From a virus: 64,000 bases of DNA. Of this stretch, positions 25,860 to 33,681 are shown in pieces. A model generated the notes under the pieces. The model was not told the DNA's origin. It was given only the letters and a program-made list of their open reading frames with translations, and ran no database searches. Each line of letters begins with the position of its first letter. Position 1 is the first letter of the stretch. Where the stretch lies: the IMG/VR virus record IMGVR_UViG_3300009081_000009, positions 100,709-164,708 of that record; one strand, written 5' to 3'. The position numbers and the translations under genes are program-made.

Positions 25860-26522
25860 ATGCGTAATGCCAATACACGAGATATCGAAGCGGTGATTGA
25901 TAGTTACCTTTCAAGCAATCGTATGTTCACTGCATTCGATGTAACTAAACGACTACGAGCACTTGTTATGCATGTACTACATGCTGATGTCAAGAAAGTT
26001 CTTGATTCTTACAACTGGAGAAGCAAGTATACTCGCACGTTAAATGCACAGGTTGGTGCGTTTGTATATCATGATCCATCCGCTGATCCAAGCGAATATG
26101 ATATGAATTCAATTCCTAACATTCCAGTTACACCAATGGCGATGGCTTCTCATACAGGAACTGTTGTTGCTCAAACAGGAACTGTTGGTATGGGAACAGG
26201 AACTATTGTATCTCCTACTGGACATGTTATTCCAGCACCAGCGGTCAATGGATTGCTCGATAAGCGTGGACGTTTCACAATTTCGTCTACACATGTACGC
26301 TCTGCTGGGTTTGCTCCATACACGATGGTACGATTCGAGACCGGAACTCGTAAATTGGTAATCAGCAAAGTATCAAGCGATTCCGATAAAAACGCTACTG
26401 TTGATATCAAGAACAATATCCGCATTCCTCGCAGTGCATTCATGGCTGCATTCGGACGTATTCCTTCTGATTCGGAATTGAAGATTGGAACCAGTCGAAA
26501 TAATATCGTACTGTTTATCTAA
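25860..26522 (+). CDS. hypothetical protein, possible C-terminal AbrB/MraZ-like repeats
   Basis: aggag SD; LDKRGRFTI and VDIKNNIRIP motifs. Confidence 0.65.
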   Translation: MRNANTRDIEAVIDSYLSSNRMFTAFDVTKRLRALVMHVLHADVKKVLDSYNWRSKYTRTLNAQVGAFVYHDPSADPSEYDMNSIPNIPVTPMAMASHTGTVVAQTGTVGMGTGTIVSPTGHVIPAPAVNGLLDKRGRFTISSTHVRSAGFAPYTMVRFETGTRKLVISKVSSDSDKNATVDIKNNIRIPRSAFMAAFGRIPSDSELKIGTSRNNIVLFI

Positions 26523-26539
26523 AAAATGAAAAAATAATC

Positions 26540-26570
26540 AAAAGGCAGCTTGATAAAGCTGTCTTTTTTT
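26540..26570 (+). terminator. intrinsic terminator
   Basis: aaaggcagct-tgataa-agctgtcttttttt. Confidence 0.75.
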
Positions 26571-26595
26571 CTATATTATAGGTAGAGGAATAATT

Positions 26596-26886
26596 ATGAA
26601 GAAGAAACTAATAATTGCATATTTTATAATCGGATGTGTTTGGACTATTATACAGCTCCCAAACCTTCTACAGAAAACAAATTCAAATCCAATTAAAGCA
26701 ACATTGCTTGCGATATTTAGAATCGTAGCATGGCCTGTATTATCTGGTATGGATTTGGTAGCCAAAATTAAGCAGATACGGCTTGAAAAACAGGCTCAAG
26801 ATGAAGAATTAGCTGAAAGTGCTCATGATGATTCTGACTCGGATGAGCATGATACCGATTCTGAATCAGATCCAAAAGAGGACTAA
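26596..26886 (+). CDS. membrane hypothetical protein
   Basis: Two hydrophobic segments, acidic tail. Confidence 0.6.
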   Translation: MKKKLIIAYFIIGCVWTIIQLPNLLQKTNSNPIKATLLAIFRIVAWPVLSGMDLVAKIKQIRLEKQAQDEELAESAHDDSDSDEHDTDSESDPKED

Positions 26887-27033
26887 TCAAATGGAAAATA
26901 TTGATAAAAATTCGGTTGGTGTAAATGTCACAATGGATAATAATACAAAACACGTGGCCTTTGGGTTTTATGTAGTTGTTGTTTTTATTGCATTCGTGAG
27001 ATTGATTACTTCATTTAAATCAAAGGGAATTAA

Positions 27034-27537
27034 ATGACTAAATTAGAACGTGCTATGTTGGTAGCTGAAAAAGTTCATATGAATCAATCGTATGATATTT
27101 TTCCTTACATCTATCATATCAAACAGGTTGTAAAGGTTGCTCAGCATTTTGGATTTGATTCATCTATTCAAGAAGCCTGTGCATTACATGATTCAATGGA
27201 AGATGGCAATTTATCATACAATGATATTAAGAAATATTTTGGTGAAGAAGTTGCTGAATTGGTATATGCAGTTACTGATGAATTGGGTAGAAATAGAAAG
27301 GAACGCAAAGCCAAAACATATCCTAAGATCAGAGCTAATTGGAAAGCGGTAGCGGTTAAACTATGTGATCGAATTGCTAATATGCAACATTCAAGTGAAT
27401 ACACACCTGATATGATGAATATGTATAAAAAAGAACATGATGGATTTAAAACTGCTATATATAATCCAGATCATCCCGAAACTGAATTGAAAAAGTTATG
27501 GGAACACATCGAAGTAATTTTGAATTCAATAAAATAA
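27034..27537 (+). CDS. HD-domain (p)ppGpp hydrolase-like protein (SpoT/Mesh1 small alarmone hydrolase family)
   Basis: PYIYH, ALHDSMED, FGEEVAELVYAVTD, VKLCDRIAN. Confidence 0.8.
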   Translation: MTKLERAMLVAEKVHMNQSYDIFPYIYHIKQVVKVAQHFGFDSSIQEACALHDSMEDGNLSYNDIKKYFGEEVAELVYAVTDELGRNRKERKAKTYPKIRANWKAVAVKLCDRIANMQHSSEYTPDMMNMYKKEHDGFKTAIYNPDHPETELKKLWEHIEVILNSIK

Positions 27538-27547
27538 AGAGCATGTA

Positions 27548-29650
27548 ATGGCACATAAAGAACAAAAAGATTTCATTGATCGAGTAAAATCTATACATCC
27601 AGTATATTTTTCTAATACTAATGTATTGGAAATTGGTTCATGGAACGTAAATGGAACTGTCAGGGATTTCTTTTCATCTACACAAAAATATATAGGATTG
27701 GATATTGCTCCGGGTTCTTGTGTTGATGTAGTATGTTCTGGAGATGAATACGATACGACTGATAGATTTGATGTATCGTTATCATGCGAATGTTTTGAAC
27801 ATAATCCTAAGTGGGTAGAAACATTTGCTAATGCCATTAGATTAACAAAACCAAATGGATTAATTTTATTCACTTGTGCTACAACTGGACGTAAAGAACA
27901 CGGAACATCTAAATCAGAGCCAGAGAATTCGTTGACTTCAATGGTATCTGATTATTATAGAAATTTAACACAACTCGATTTTGAGAGTCATTTTAATTTT
28001 TCTGAAATATTCTCTGAATATGTATTTGAAGTTAATGATGATACTCATGATTTATATTTTTATGGTATAAAGAAACCAGCCACTGTATCTACTGGTATAG
28101 TAAGAGAGTCTATTGATGATAATATTTCAATTGGGGCAATATATTCGACATTTGATGGTTTAAATTTACTCGAAACATCATTAAACTCTATACGCAAGAG
28201 TGTTAATTATGTAGTTGTCGTACATCAAACTGTCGATTTTTATGGAAACCAATGTGTTGATAACTATGAATCGATATTTAATCGATTGATTGAACGTAAA
28301 TTAATTGATGATGTCGTATATGTTAATGACTTGGGTAGTGATAAAGAATCGGGTATGATTGAAAAACGCAACATTGGATTGCGCATGTGTGATAATAATT
28401 TATGTACATATGTAATGCCAATGGATGCCGATGAATGTTATGATGCTAATAGTATAGTAGCAACCGCATCTGATATGAAAAAAAATAATATCAATGTTGC
28501 GTATTCACCTATCATTACTTACTATAACGATGTACATCATTATTTTTATGATTTCTATTATGTTCCATCTATGTATAAAATGCGTAGTGGATTGCAGTTT
28601 GGTCATTATGCATCATCAGTGATATGTGATCCTCTTAGAAAGATGGAAGAAAGTACATTTAAAGTATATACCGGATTTCATATGCATCATCTATCCTATG
28701 TGCATAATAATTTACGAAAGAAATTCGAATCATCAATTTCAAGAAGTTCTGAAATGATGATTACTTCAATGAATAGAGTGTCTGAATATTTTGATACATG
28801 GACTGACACTAAACCAGCTCTTGTATTTGGTGAAAATGGTAAATTAATAACCAAAGAATTGACTTATTGTGCCGAATTCATGAATATTTTTGGTAATATA
28901 CTCGATGATTTAACTTTAATCACTTGCTCATATGAGACACCAGAAATTACCGAAACTATGCTAAAATCGTTTAGGTATGCTAATAAAGAGTTATCCAATA
29001 TGAAGATCATTGTTATGGAAAACTCGATTAAATCTGATACCCGTGACATGTTGGATTTGAATAATATACCATATGTAAAAAATCCAAATGGTAAGCATTC
29101 ACAGTCACTAGATACAGCTCTTAAAATGTGTCTTACTAAATATGCACTTGTAGTTGATACTGATATCATATTTAATAAACCTATTAGCTCCTTATTAAAT
29201 CACTGTAAGGTAAATGCTATATCATTGGGTGGATATAAAACATTCTATCGAGCTGGATACAATTTAAAACCTAGAATCAATCCATGGTTTATGATTATTA
29301 ATGTTGATGATATAAAATCACGACATATATCATTTCACGATCAATCACGAATTGATAAAACTAAATCAAATGTATTTTTCGCGTCAATTCCTGTATCTGA
29401 TGATAAAACAACATTGATGTATGATGTTGGTTCTACATTCTATGAAGATGTAAAATCGGCAAAGTTATCTATTGAGTGTATTCCAACGGTTACAACTTGG
29501 TTTAAACATTATGAAGGTGCATCGTGGAGACATAATTCTAATGATTCATATCTGATATCAAAACATGCCGATCAGATGTTAAAATATAAAACCGAAATCG
29601 AAAAAGTTAAGCACGTAGATATCAAGAATTTTTATTATCGAGGATTTTAA
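27548..29650 (+). CDS. SAM methyltransferase fused to two glycosyltransferase-like domains
   Basis: VLEIGS..YIGLDI..FEH (MTase); MDADE and VDTD DxD motifs. Confidence 0.75.
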   Translation: MAHKEQKDFIDRVKSIHPVYFSNTNVLEIGSWNVNGTVRDFFSSTQKYIGLDIAPGSCVDVVCSGDEYDTTDRFDVSLSCECFEHNPKWVETFANAIRLTKPNGLILFTCATTGRKEHGTSKSEPENSLTSMVSDYYRNLTQLDFESHFNFSEIFSEYVFEVNDDTHDLYFYGIKKPATVSTGIVRESIDDNISIGAIYSTFDGLNLLETSLNSIRKSVNYVVVVHQTVDFYGNQCVDNYESIFNRLIERKLIDDVVYVNDLGSDKESGMIEKRNIGLRMCDNNLCTYVMPMDADECYDANSIVATASDMKKNNINVAYSPIITYYNDVHHYFYDFYYVPSMYKMRSGLQFGHYASSVICDPLRKMEESTFKVYTGFHMHHLSYVHNNLRKKFESSISRSSEMMITSMNRVSEYFDTWTDTKPALVFGENGKLITKELTYCAEFMNIFGNILDDLTLITCSYETPEITETMLKSFRYANKELSNMKIIVMENSIKSDTRDMLDLNNIPYVKNPNGKHSQSLDTALKMCLTKYALVVDTDIIFNKPISSLLNHCKVNAISLGGYKTFYRAGYNLKPRINPWFMIINVDDIKSRHISFHDQSRIDKTKSNVFFASIPVSDDKTTLMYDVGSTFYEDVKSAKLSIECIPTVTTWFKHYEGASWRHNSNDSYLISKHADQMLKYKTEIEKVKHVDIKNFYYRGF

Positions 29651-30471
29651 TGATAGTTCATAATTACAAATTAATCAAATTTGAACATGTGTGGCTTTCT
29701 GTTGTCAATAACCCATATTTTCAGAATGTCATCAACTTCATTAAGTATAAATTTGATGTTAAATTATTGAACAATACTATTATAGTCATCGGTGGTGATT
29801 ATAGTAAAGTTATACCTGAATACAGAAATCTATATCCAGAGAAAACTATTGTTGTATATAATTGGGAACAGTTATGTGGTGGAAATCAGTGGTTGAATGT
29901 TTCTAATTTATGTGAAACAGCAAAACTCGCAGATGAGATTTGGGATTATGATGACTTGAATTCTACCTATTTTAACTTGTTTCATCAAGTTGATGTGGCA
30001 CATGTGTATCCATTTGAATACTATCCCGGTATTGAAACGTTGAACAATAAAGAAAATCCATCAATTGATGTATTATTCTATGGGTTGTTGAATGAACGTA
30101 GAGCTAAGATAATATCCAATATTCAATTAGAAATGTATAATAAGTTTTCTATGGTTGTTGCACTAGGTCATAGTTATGATGAAACATTGAAGTATATTGA
30201 GAATAGTAAGATAGTTATTAATCTACATGCATTTGAACCATACCATCGACAAGAACAAGAACGAATTGGATTTCTTGTTAGTAATAAGAAATGTGTGATT
30301 AGTGAGCCTAGTCAAGAAAACTATTTCAATCCTGCTATTATTGAATGTCCAGTAGATAAAATGGCTGGTGTCATTTCTAATATTCTCGCTGGTAGCTCAT
30401 GGAAAGCCATCGGTGTATCTGGATATGAATCGTTTAAAAACGGAAAATGCTCTAAACGGGTTAACTATTAA
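29650..30471 (+). CDS. glycosyltransferase-like (GT-B) protein
   Basis: IDVLFYG..NERR, SKIVINLH, CVISE motifs. Confidence 0.6.
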   Translation: MIVHNYKLIKFEHVWLSVVNNPYFQNVINFIKYKFDVKLLNNTIIVIGGDYSKVIPEYRNLYPEKTIVVYNWEQLCGGNQWLNVSNLCETAKLADEIWDYDDLNSTYFNLFHQVDVAHVYPFEYYPGIETLNNKENPSIDVLFYGLLNERRAKIISNIQLEMYNKFSMVVALGHSYDETLKYIENSKIVINLHAFEPYHRQEQERIGFLVSNKKCVISEPSQENYFNPAIIECPVDKMAGVISNILAGSSWKAIGVSGYESFKNGKCSKRVNY

Positions 30472-30498
30472 GAAAAATTAGAAAAGATGAAAAAAGTT

Positions 30499-30527
30499 TT
30501 GACAAATGGTGAAAAATAACCTATATT
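30499..30527 (+). promoter_or_regulatory. sigma70-type promoter of largest tRNA operon
   Basis: TTGACA-17nt-TATATT. Confidence 0.8.
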
Positions 30528-30568
30528 GTATTTATAAGAGAAACGAAACACTTTAAAAAGGATTAGTC

Positions 30569-30655
30569 ATGCAAGTCACAACCATTACCACAGCCGATAC
30601 AGCAGCGATCATTGATCGCGGTACAATCGCAATGGGTACAGGAGTACATGCATAG
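30569..30655 (+). CDS. putative leader peptide MQVTTITTADTAAIIDRGTIAMGTGVHA
   Basis: aagga SD; 26 of 28 residues are T/A/I/G/V/D/M/R, the downstream tRNA set. Confidence 0.88.
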   Translation: MQVTTITTADTAAIIDRGTIAMGTGVHA

Positions 30656-30680
30656 CGGGGTCGTCTTATAATAGAGACAC

Positions 30681-30714
30681 AAACCCCGCAGGAAACTGTG
30701 GGGTTTTTCTTTTT
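30681..30714 (+). terminator. attenuator terminator (Ala/Gly/Met/Thr/Ile/Arg/Val/Asp group)
   Basis: aaaccccgcag-gaaa-ctgtggggttt-ttcttttt. Confidence 0.9.
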
Positions 30715-30765
30715 GTATAGCAAATGGAGTCGTAGTCCCTGTTGGTAGCCCAACAACTACAATAT

Positions 30766-30839
30766 GGAAGTGTAGCTCGAATTGGTAGAGCAGATCCTTT
30801 GCAAGGATACGGTTAAGGGTTCGACTCCCTTCACTTCCA
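30766..30839 (+). tRNA. tRNA-Ala(TGC)
   Basis: atcc-ttTGCaa-ggat. Confidence 0.85.
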
Positions 30840-30894
30840 CTAACATAACGCTTGCCGTTGTGTGATGATTGATAATTTGGTGTGAATTTTTCAT

Positions 30895-30965
30895 GCGATT
30901 ATGTTGTAATGGTAGCAAATAACTTTGCCGAAGTTAAAGTCCGAGTTCGAGCCTCGGTAGTCGCT
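30895..30965 (+). tRNA. tRNA-Gly(GCC)
   Basis: taact-ttGCCga-agtta; U73. Confidence 0.8.
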
Positions 30966-31035
30966 TGTACTATTAGGAAAGACTAATCGTGTAAAGCTAC
31001 TCCGTCAGCCACGTTAAACATATCGAAGGAGCCAA

Positions 31036-31108
31036 GGGGATATAGCTCAGTTGGTAGAGCACTTGATTTGCACTCAAGAGGTCTGGGGTTCGAACCTCCA
31101 TGTCTCCA
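31036..31108 (+). tRNA. tRNA-Ala(TGC)
   Basis: cttga-ttTGCac-tcaag; G3:U70. Confidence 0.9.
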
Positions 31109-31109
31109 T

Positions 31110-31183
31110 AGCGGGGTAATAGCAGTTGGTAGCTTGTCAGGCTCATAACCTGAAGGTCGTGGGTTCGAGTCCCACCCCCGCAA
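31110..31183 (+). tRNA. tRNA-Met(CAT), initiator-like
   Basis: tcagg-ctCATaa-cctga; unpaired 1:72. Confidence 0.85.
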
Positions 31184-31343
31184 TACACTCCAAAAGCAGA
31201 TTGTCACTGCCTTTGAGCACGTAGCTCAATGCACAACAAGTAACAAGCGTTACTTGATAATAACAACGACAGAAACGGACTTGCGGTTGCAACCGCGAAG
31301 GCAGAAAAGTCCTGTGATGATGTTTCTTTTAGTCATCAATTAT

Positions 31344-31414
31344 GCATCTATCGTATAAAGGTAATACCAGTGATTTCCAATCATTAGCTCTCGGTTCGAT
31401 TCCGGGTAGATGCT
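31344..31414 (+). tRNA. tRNA-Gly(TCC)
   Basis: agtga-ttTCCaa-tcatt. Confidence 0.85.
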
Positions 31415-31586
31415 TAACATGTTTTGTTCATTTTAATGTTTACAAACTATCTTGAAAATATGTTTGCTAAAAATGAAACCGCCATCGGAACTGAGGATGG
31501 GTAGGACGGATGATCCACATCGAGTAATAGTTAAGCAAGCCTATTGTGTTTCTATGAGGGAATGTGTGTATCAGTTTCATTTTTAT

Positions 31587-31660
31587 GCGAAAGTAACTCA
31601 ATGGTTTAGAGTCCCTGTTTTCCAAACAGATTGTTGTGGGTTCAAGTCCCATCTTTCGCT
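31587..31660 (+). tRNA. tRNA-Gly(TCC)
   Basis: ctgt-ttTCCaa-acag. Confidence 0.85.
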
Positions 31661-31663
31661 TAT

Positions 31664-31736
31664 GCTGGTGTAGCTCAATAGGTAGAGCACTTGATTTGTA
31701 TTCAAGACGTTGTGGGTTCGATTCCTATCACCAGCT
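31664..31736 (+). tRNA. tRNA-Thr(TGT)
   Basis: cttga-ttTGTat-tcaag. Confidence 0.9.
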
Positions 31737-31793
31737 CTCGGTTCGGTTGTATGTTTGCTGTCCACTTCCACAGACGTAACATTCACTTTTTAT

Positions 31794-31866
31794 GCTAGTG
31801 TAGCTCAATAGGTAGAGCACTTGATTTGTAATCAAGCGGTTGGGGGTTCGATTCCCTTCACTAGCT
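31794..31866 (+). tRNA. tRNA-Thr(TGT)
   Basis: cttga-ttTGTaa-tcaag. Confidence 0.9.
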
Positions 31867-31870
31867 TTAT

Positions 31871-31945
31871 AGGCACGTAGCTCAATTTGGTTAGAGCGTC
31901 ACTCTGATACGGTGAATGTTAGTGGTTCAAGTCCACTCGTGCCTA
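31871..31945 (+). tRNA. tRNA-Ile(GAT)
   Basis: tcact-ctGATac-ggtga. Confidence 0.9.
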
Positions 31946-32050
31946 CTAATGTATAACCAGAGGCACAGGTTTAACTCCTGTTTACGGCATATGACTAGAG
32001 ATCAGAACCGTTGTATATTAACGTAAGATTACTGGCTCTATACATTTTTT

Positions 32051-32124
32051 GCCTGTGTAGCTCAACTGGATGTAGCACTATACTACGAATATAGAGGATG
32101 TGTGTTCGAATCACATCACAGGTA
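32051..32124 (+). tRNA. tRNA-Arg(ACG)
   Basis: ctata-ctACGaa-tatag. Confidence 0.85.
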
Positions 32125-32126
32125 CT

Positions 32127-32245
32127 CGCAGAATGAAGGAACAATAGCTGACACAATACTAAGGCTATCAACTAAACTTACCCCGCTATTAATGGGGATA
32201 TCCGAGGCATCGGTGTTGTAGGTGAAAGTCCTACTTCTGCAACCA
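32127..32245 (+). ncRNA. oversized tRNA-like RNA (119 nt) with encoded ACCA end
   Basis: cgcagaa/ttctgca-acca acceptor, gtagg-tgaaagt-cctac T-like arm, three internal hairpins. Confidence 0.55.
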
Positions 32246-32253
32246 ATTAATAT

Positions 32254-32327
32254 GCCTGTTTAGCTCAACTGGATAGAGCACACGGCTTCGAACCGTGAGG
32301 TTGAGGGTTCGAATCCCTCGATAGGCA
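32254..32327 (+). tRNA. tRNA-Arg(TCG)
   Basis: cacgg-ctTCGaa-ccgtg. Confidence 0.9.
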
Positions 32328-32344
32328 CTAGACAATAAACTCGA

Positions 32345-32417
32345 TGCGGGGTAGAGAAGTGGTTAACTCGCTTGGCTCATAACCAAGAGATCGACTGTTC
32401 AAATCAGTCCTCCGCTA
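32345..32417 (+). tRNA. tRNA-Met(CAT), initiator-like
   Basis: cttgg-ctCATaa-ccaag; unpaired 1:72. Confidence 0.85.
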
Positions 32418-32437
32418 CTAATTTAAAGGAATGTGTT

Positions 32438-32737
32438 ATGCGTAAAACTAAAAAAGGATTTAATATTGTTGCTGTAACACCCGAAGGTGTTGACGTAGTT
32501 GATGGTGTGTTTAGAGTTTTTGATAGTCTAGGAATGCCATTGGATGAAATTTTTAATCAATGCAAGCAGCGAAACTTAATGCCTTCATGGACGCATTTCT
32601 ATGATGATGCTAGAATACAAGGATGGAGTCATGAAACTATTATGAATAGATTAGAGACAACCATTCCTGATATATATGGTAAAGAATTTTCGGATGCTGT
32701 CATGTATAGATTACAAATTTATTCCGAATTGTGTTAA
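32438..32737 (+). CDS. hypothetical protein with AlaRS-like motif
   Basis: aagga SD; GVFRVFDSLGMPLD resembles AlaRS AFKLYDTYGFPLD. Confidence 0.6.
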   Translation: MRKTKKGFNIVAVTPEGVDVVDGVFRVFDSLGMPLDEIFNQCKQRNLMPSWTHFYDDARIQGWSHETIMNRLETTIPDIYGKEFSDAVMYRLQIYSELC

Positions 32738-32742
32738 AATTC

Positions 32743-32817
32743 GGGCGATTAGCTCAGTTGGTTTAGAGCAACTCCCTTACAAGGAGAAGGTCGTAGGTTC
32801 AACTCCTACATCGCCCA
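32743..32817 (+). tRNA. tRNA-Val(TAC)
   Basis: ctcc-ctTACaa-ggag. Confidence 0.9.
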
Positions 32818-32826
32818 TACAAATAT

Positions 32827-32900
32827 GCTGTAATAGCTCAGTTGGTAGAGCACTTCATTGGTATTGAAGAGGTCATCGGGTTCGAATCCCATTTACAGCT
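32827..32900 (+). tRNA. tRNA-Thr(GGT)
   Basis: cttca-ttGGTat-tgaag. Confidence 0.85.
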
Positions 32901-32919
32901 TAACTTAACAAGGATTTAT

Positions 32920-33099
32920 ATGGGAATTATTATAAAGATATTTATTATAATAGCTGGTATTACAATTGTACTTGGTATTTATAATAAAGTACGTGAGTCA
33001 AGGGAAAATAAAAAAATTATGGATGATGTTAAGAGACAAGTTGAAAAGAATAGACGACCTTCATCGGATTATACATTTCCTGATGAAAAGAGATTTTGA
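32920..33099 (+). CDS. small membrane protein
   Basis: aagga SD, hydrophobic N-terminus. Confidence 0.6.
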   Translation: MGIIIKIFIIIAGITIVLGIYNKVRESRENKKIMDDVKRQVEKNRRPSSDYTFPDEKRF

Positions 33100-33104
33100 T
33101 TTAT

Positions 33105-33191
33105 AGATGGATACTCGAATTGGTCTTCAGAGGGCAGTCTGATAAGCTGTTTGGTGCAAGCCTTATGTGGGTTCAAGTCCCACTCCATCTA
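33105..33191 (+). tRNA. tRNA-Ile(GAT) with long variable arm
   Basis: gcagt-ctGATaa-gctgt; V arm ggt-gcaa-gcc. Confidence 0.8.
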
Positions 33192-33197
33192 CTATAA

Positions 33198-33270
33198 GGA
33201 CACGTTTCCCAGTGGTTAAGGAGCCTGACTGTCTATCAGGATTTCGTGGGTTCGAATCCCATCGTGTTCG
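33198..33270 (+). tRNA. tRNA-Asp(GTC)
   Basis: cctga-ctGTCta-tcagg; G73. Confidence 0.85.
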
Positions 33271-33279
33271 TATTATTAA

Positions 33280-33353
33280 GGAGCCGTAACTCAATGGTTT
33301 AGAGTGCTACACTGTCTATGTAGATGTTGTGGGTTCGAGTCCCATCGGTTTCG
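33280..33353 (+). tRNA. tRNA-Asp(GTC)
   Basis: ctaca-ctGTCta-tgtag; G73. Confidence 0.9.
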
Positions 33354-33358
33354 TTTTT

Positions 33359-33433
33359 GCCGGATTAGCTCAGTTGGCTTAGAGCAGATGCTTCATACGC
33401 ATAAGGTCACTGGTTCAAGTCCAGTATCCGGTA
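33359..33433 (+). tRNA. tRNA(CAT), elongator Met or Ile2
   Basis: atgc-ttCATac-gcat. Confidence 0.85.
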
Positions 33434-33561
33434 TAAGTTTGAGAAGGGTTATTCTGCGTTCAACAGAGAAAACCTAAAGTTTTGACGGACTTACTTAGAG
33501 GACGATCTGAATCAAATACTAGTCACCATTCAGTGAGTCACTCTAGCTTCTCAATTCATTT

Positions 33562-33635
33562 GCCCAGATAGCACAACTGGTGGTGCGCTCGTTTCGTAAG
33601 CGAGAGGTTGATGGGTTCGAGTCCCTCTTTGGGCT
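33562..33635 (+). tRNA. tRNA-Thr(CGT)
   Basis: ctcgt-ttCGTaa-gcgag. Confidence 0.85.
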
Positions 33636-33681
33636 TAAAAAAATTCACATCAAATCAATAAATGACGTATATTTATGTCAT

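Noticed and set aside
30530-30714. T-box riboswitch as the explanation for the leaders
   Set aside because: No TGGNACC T-box bulge or stem I motifs seen, leaders are too short, and they contain SD-led ORFs
30553-30756. Minus-strand 67 aa ORF
   Set aside because: Antisense to the plus-strand leader peptide and terminator
31469-31584. Hammerhead ribozyme (CTGAGGA present)
   Set aside because: No properly placed GAAA and stems II/III could be built
30983-31786. Short ORFs overlapping the large tRNA array
   Set aside because: Overlap tRNA genes or structured spacers; no SD or protein features
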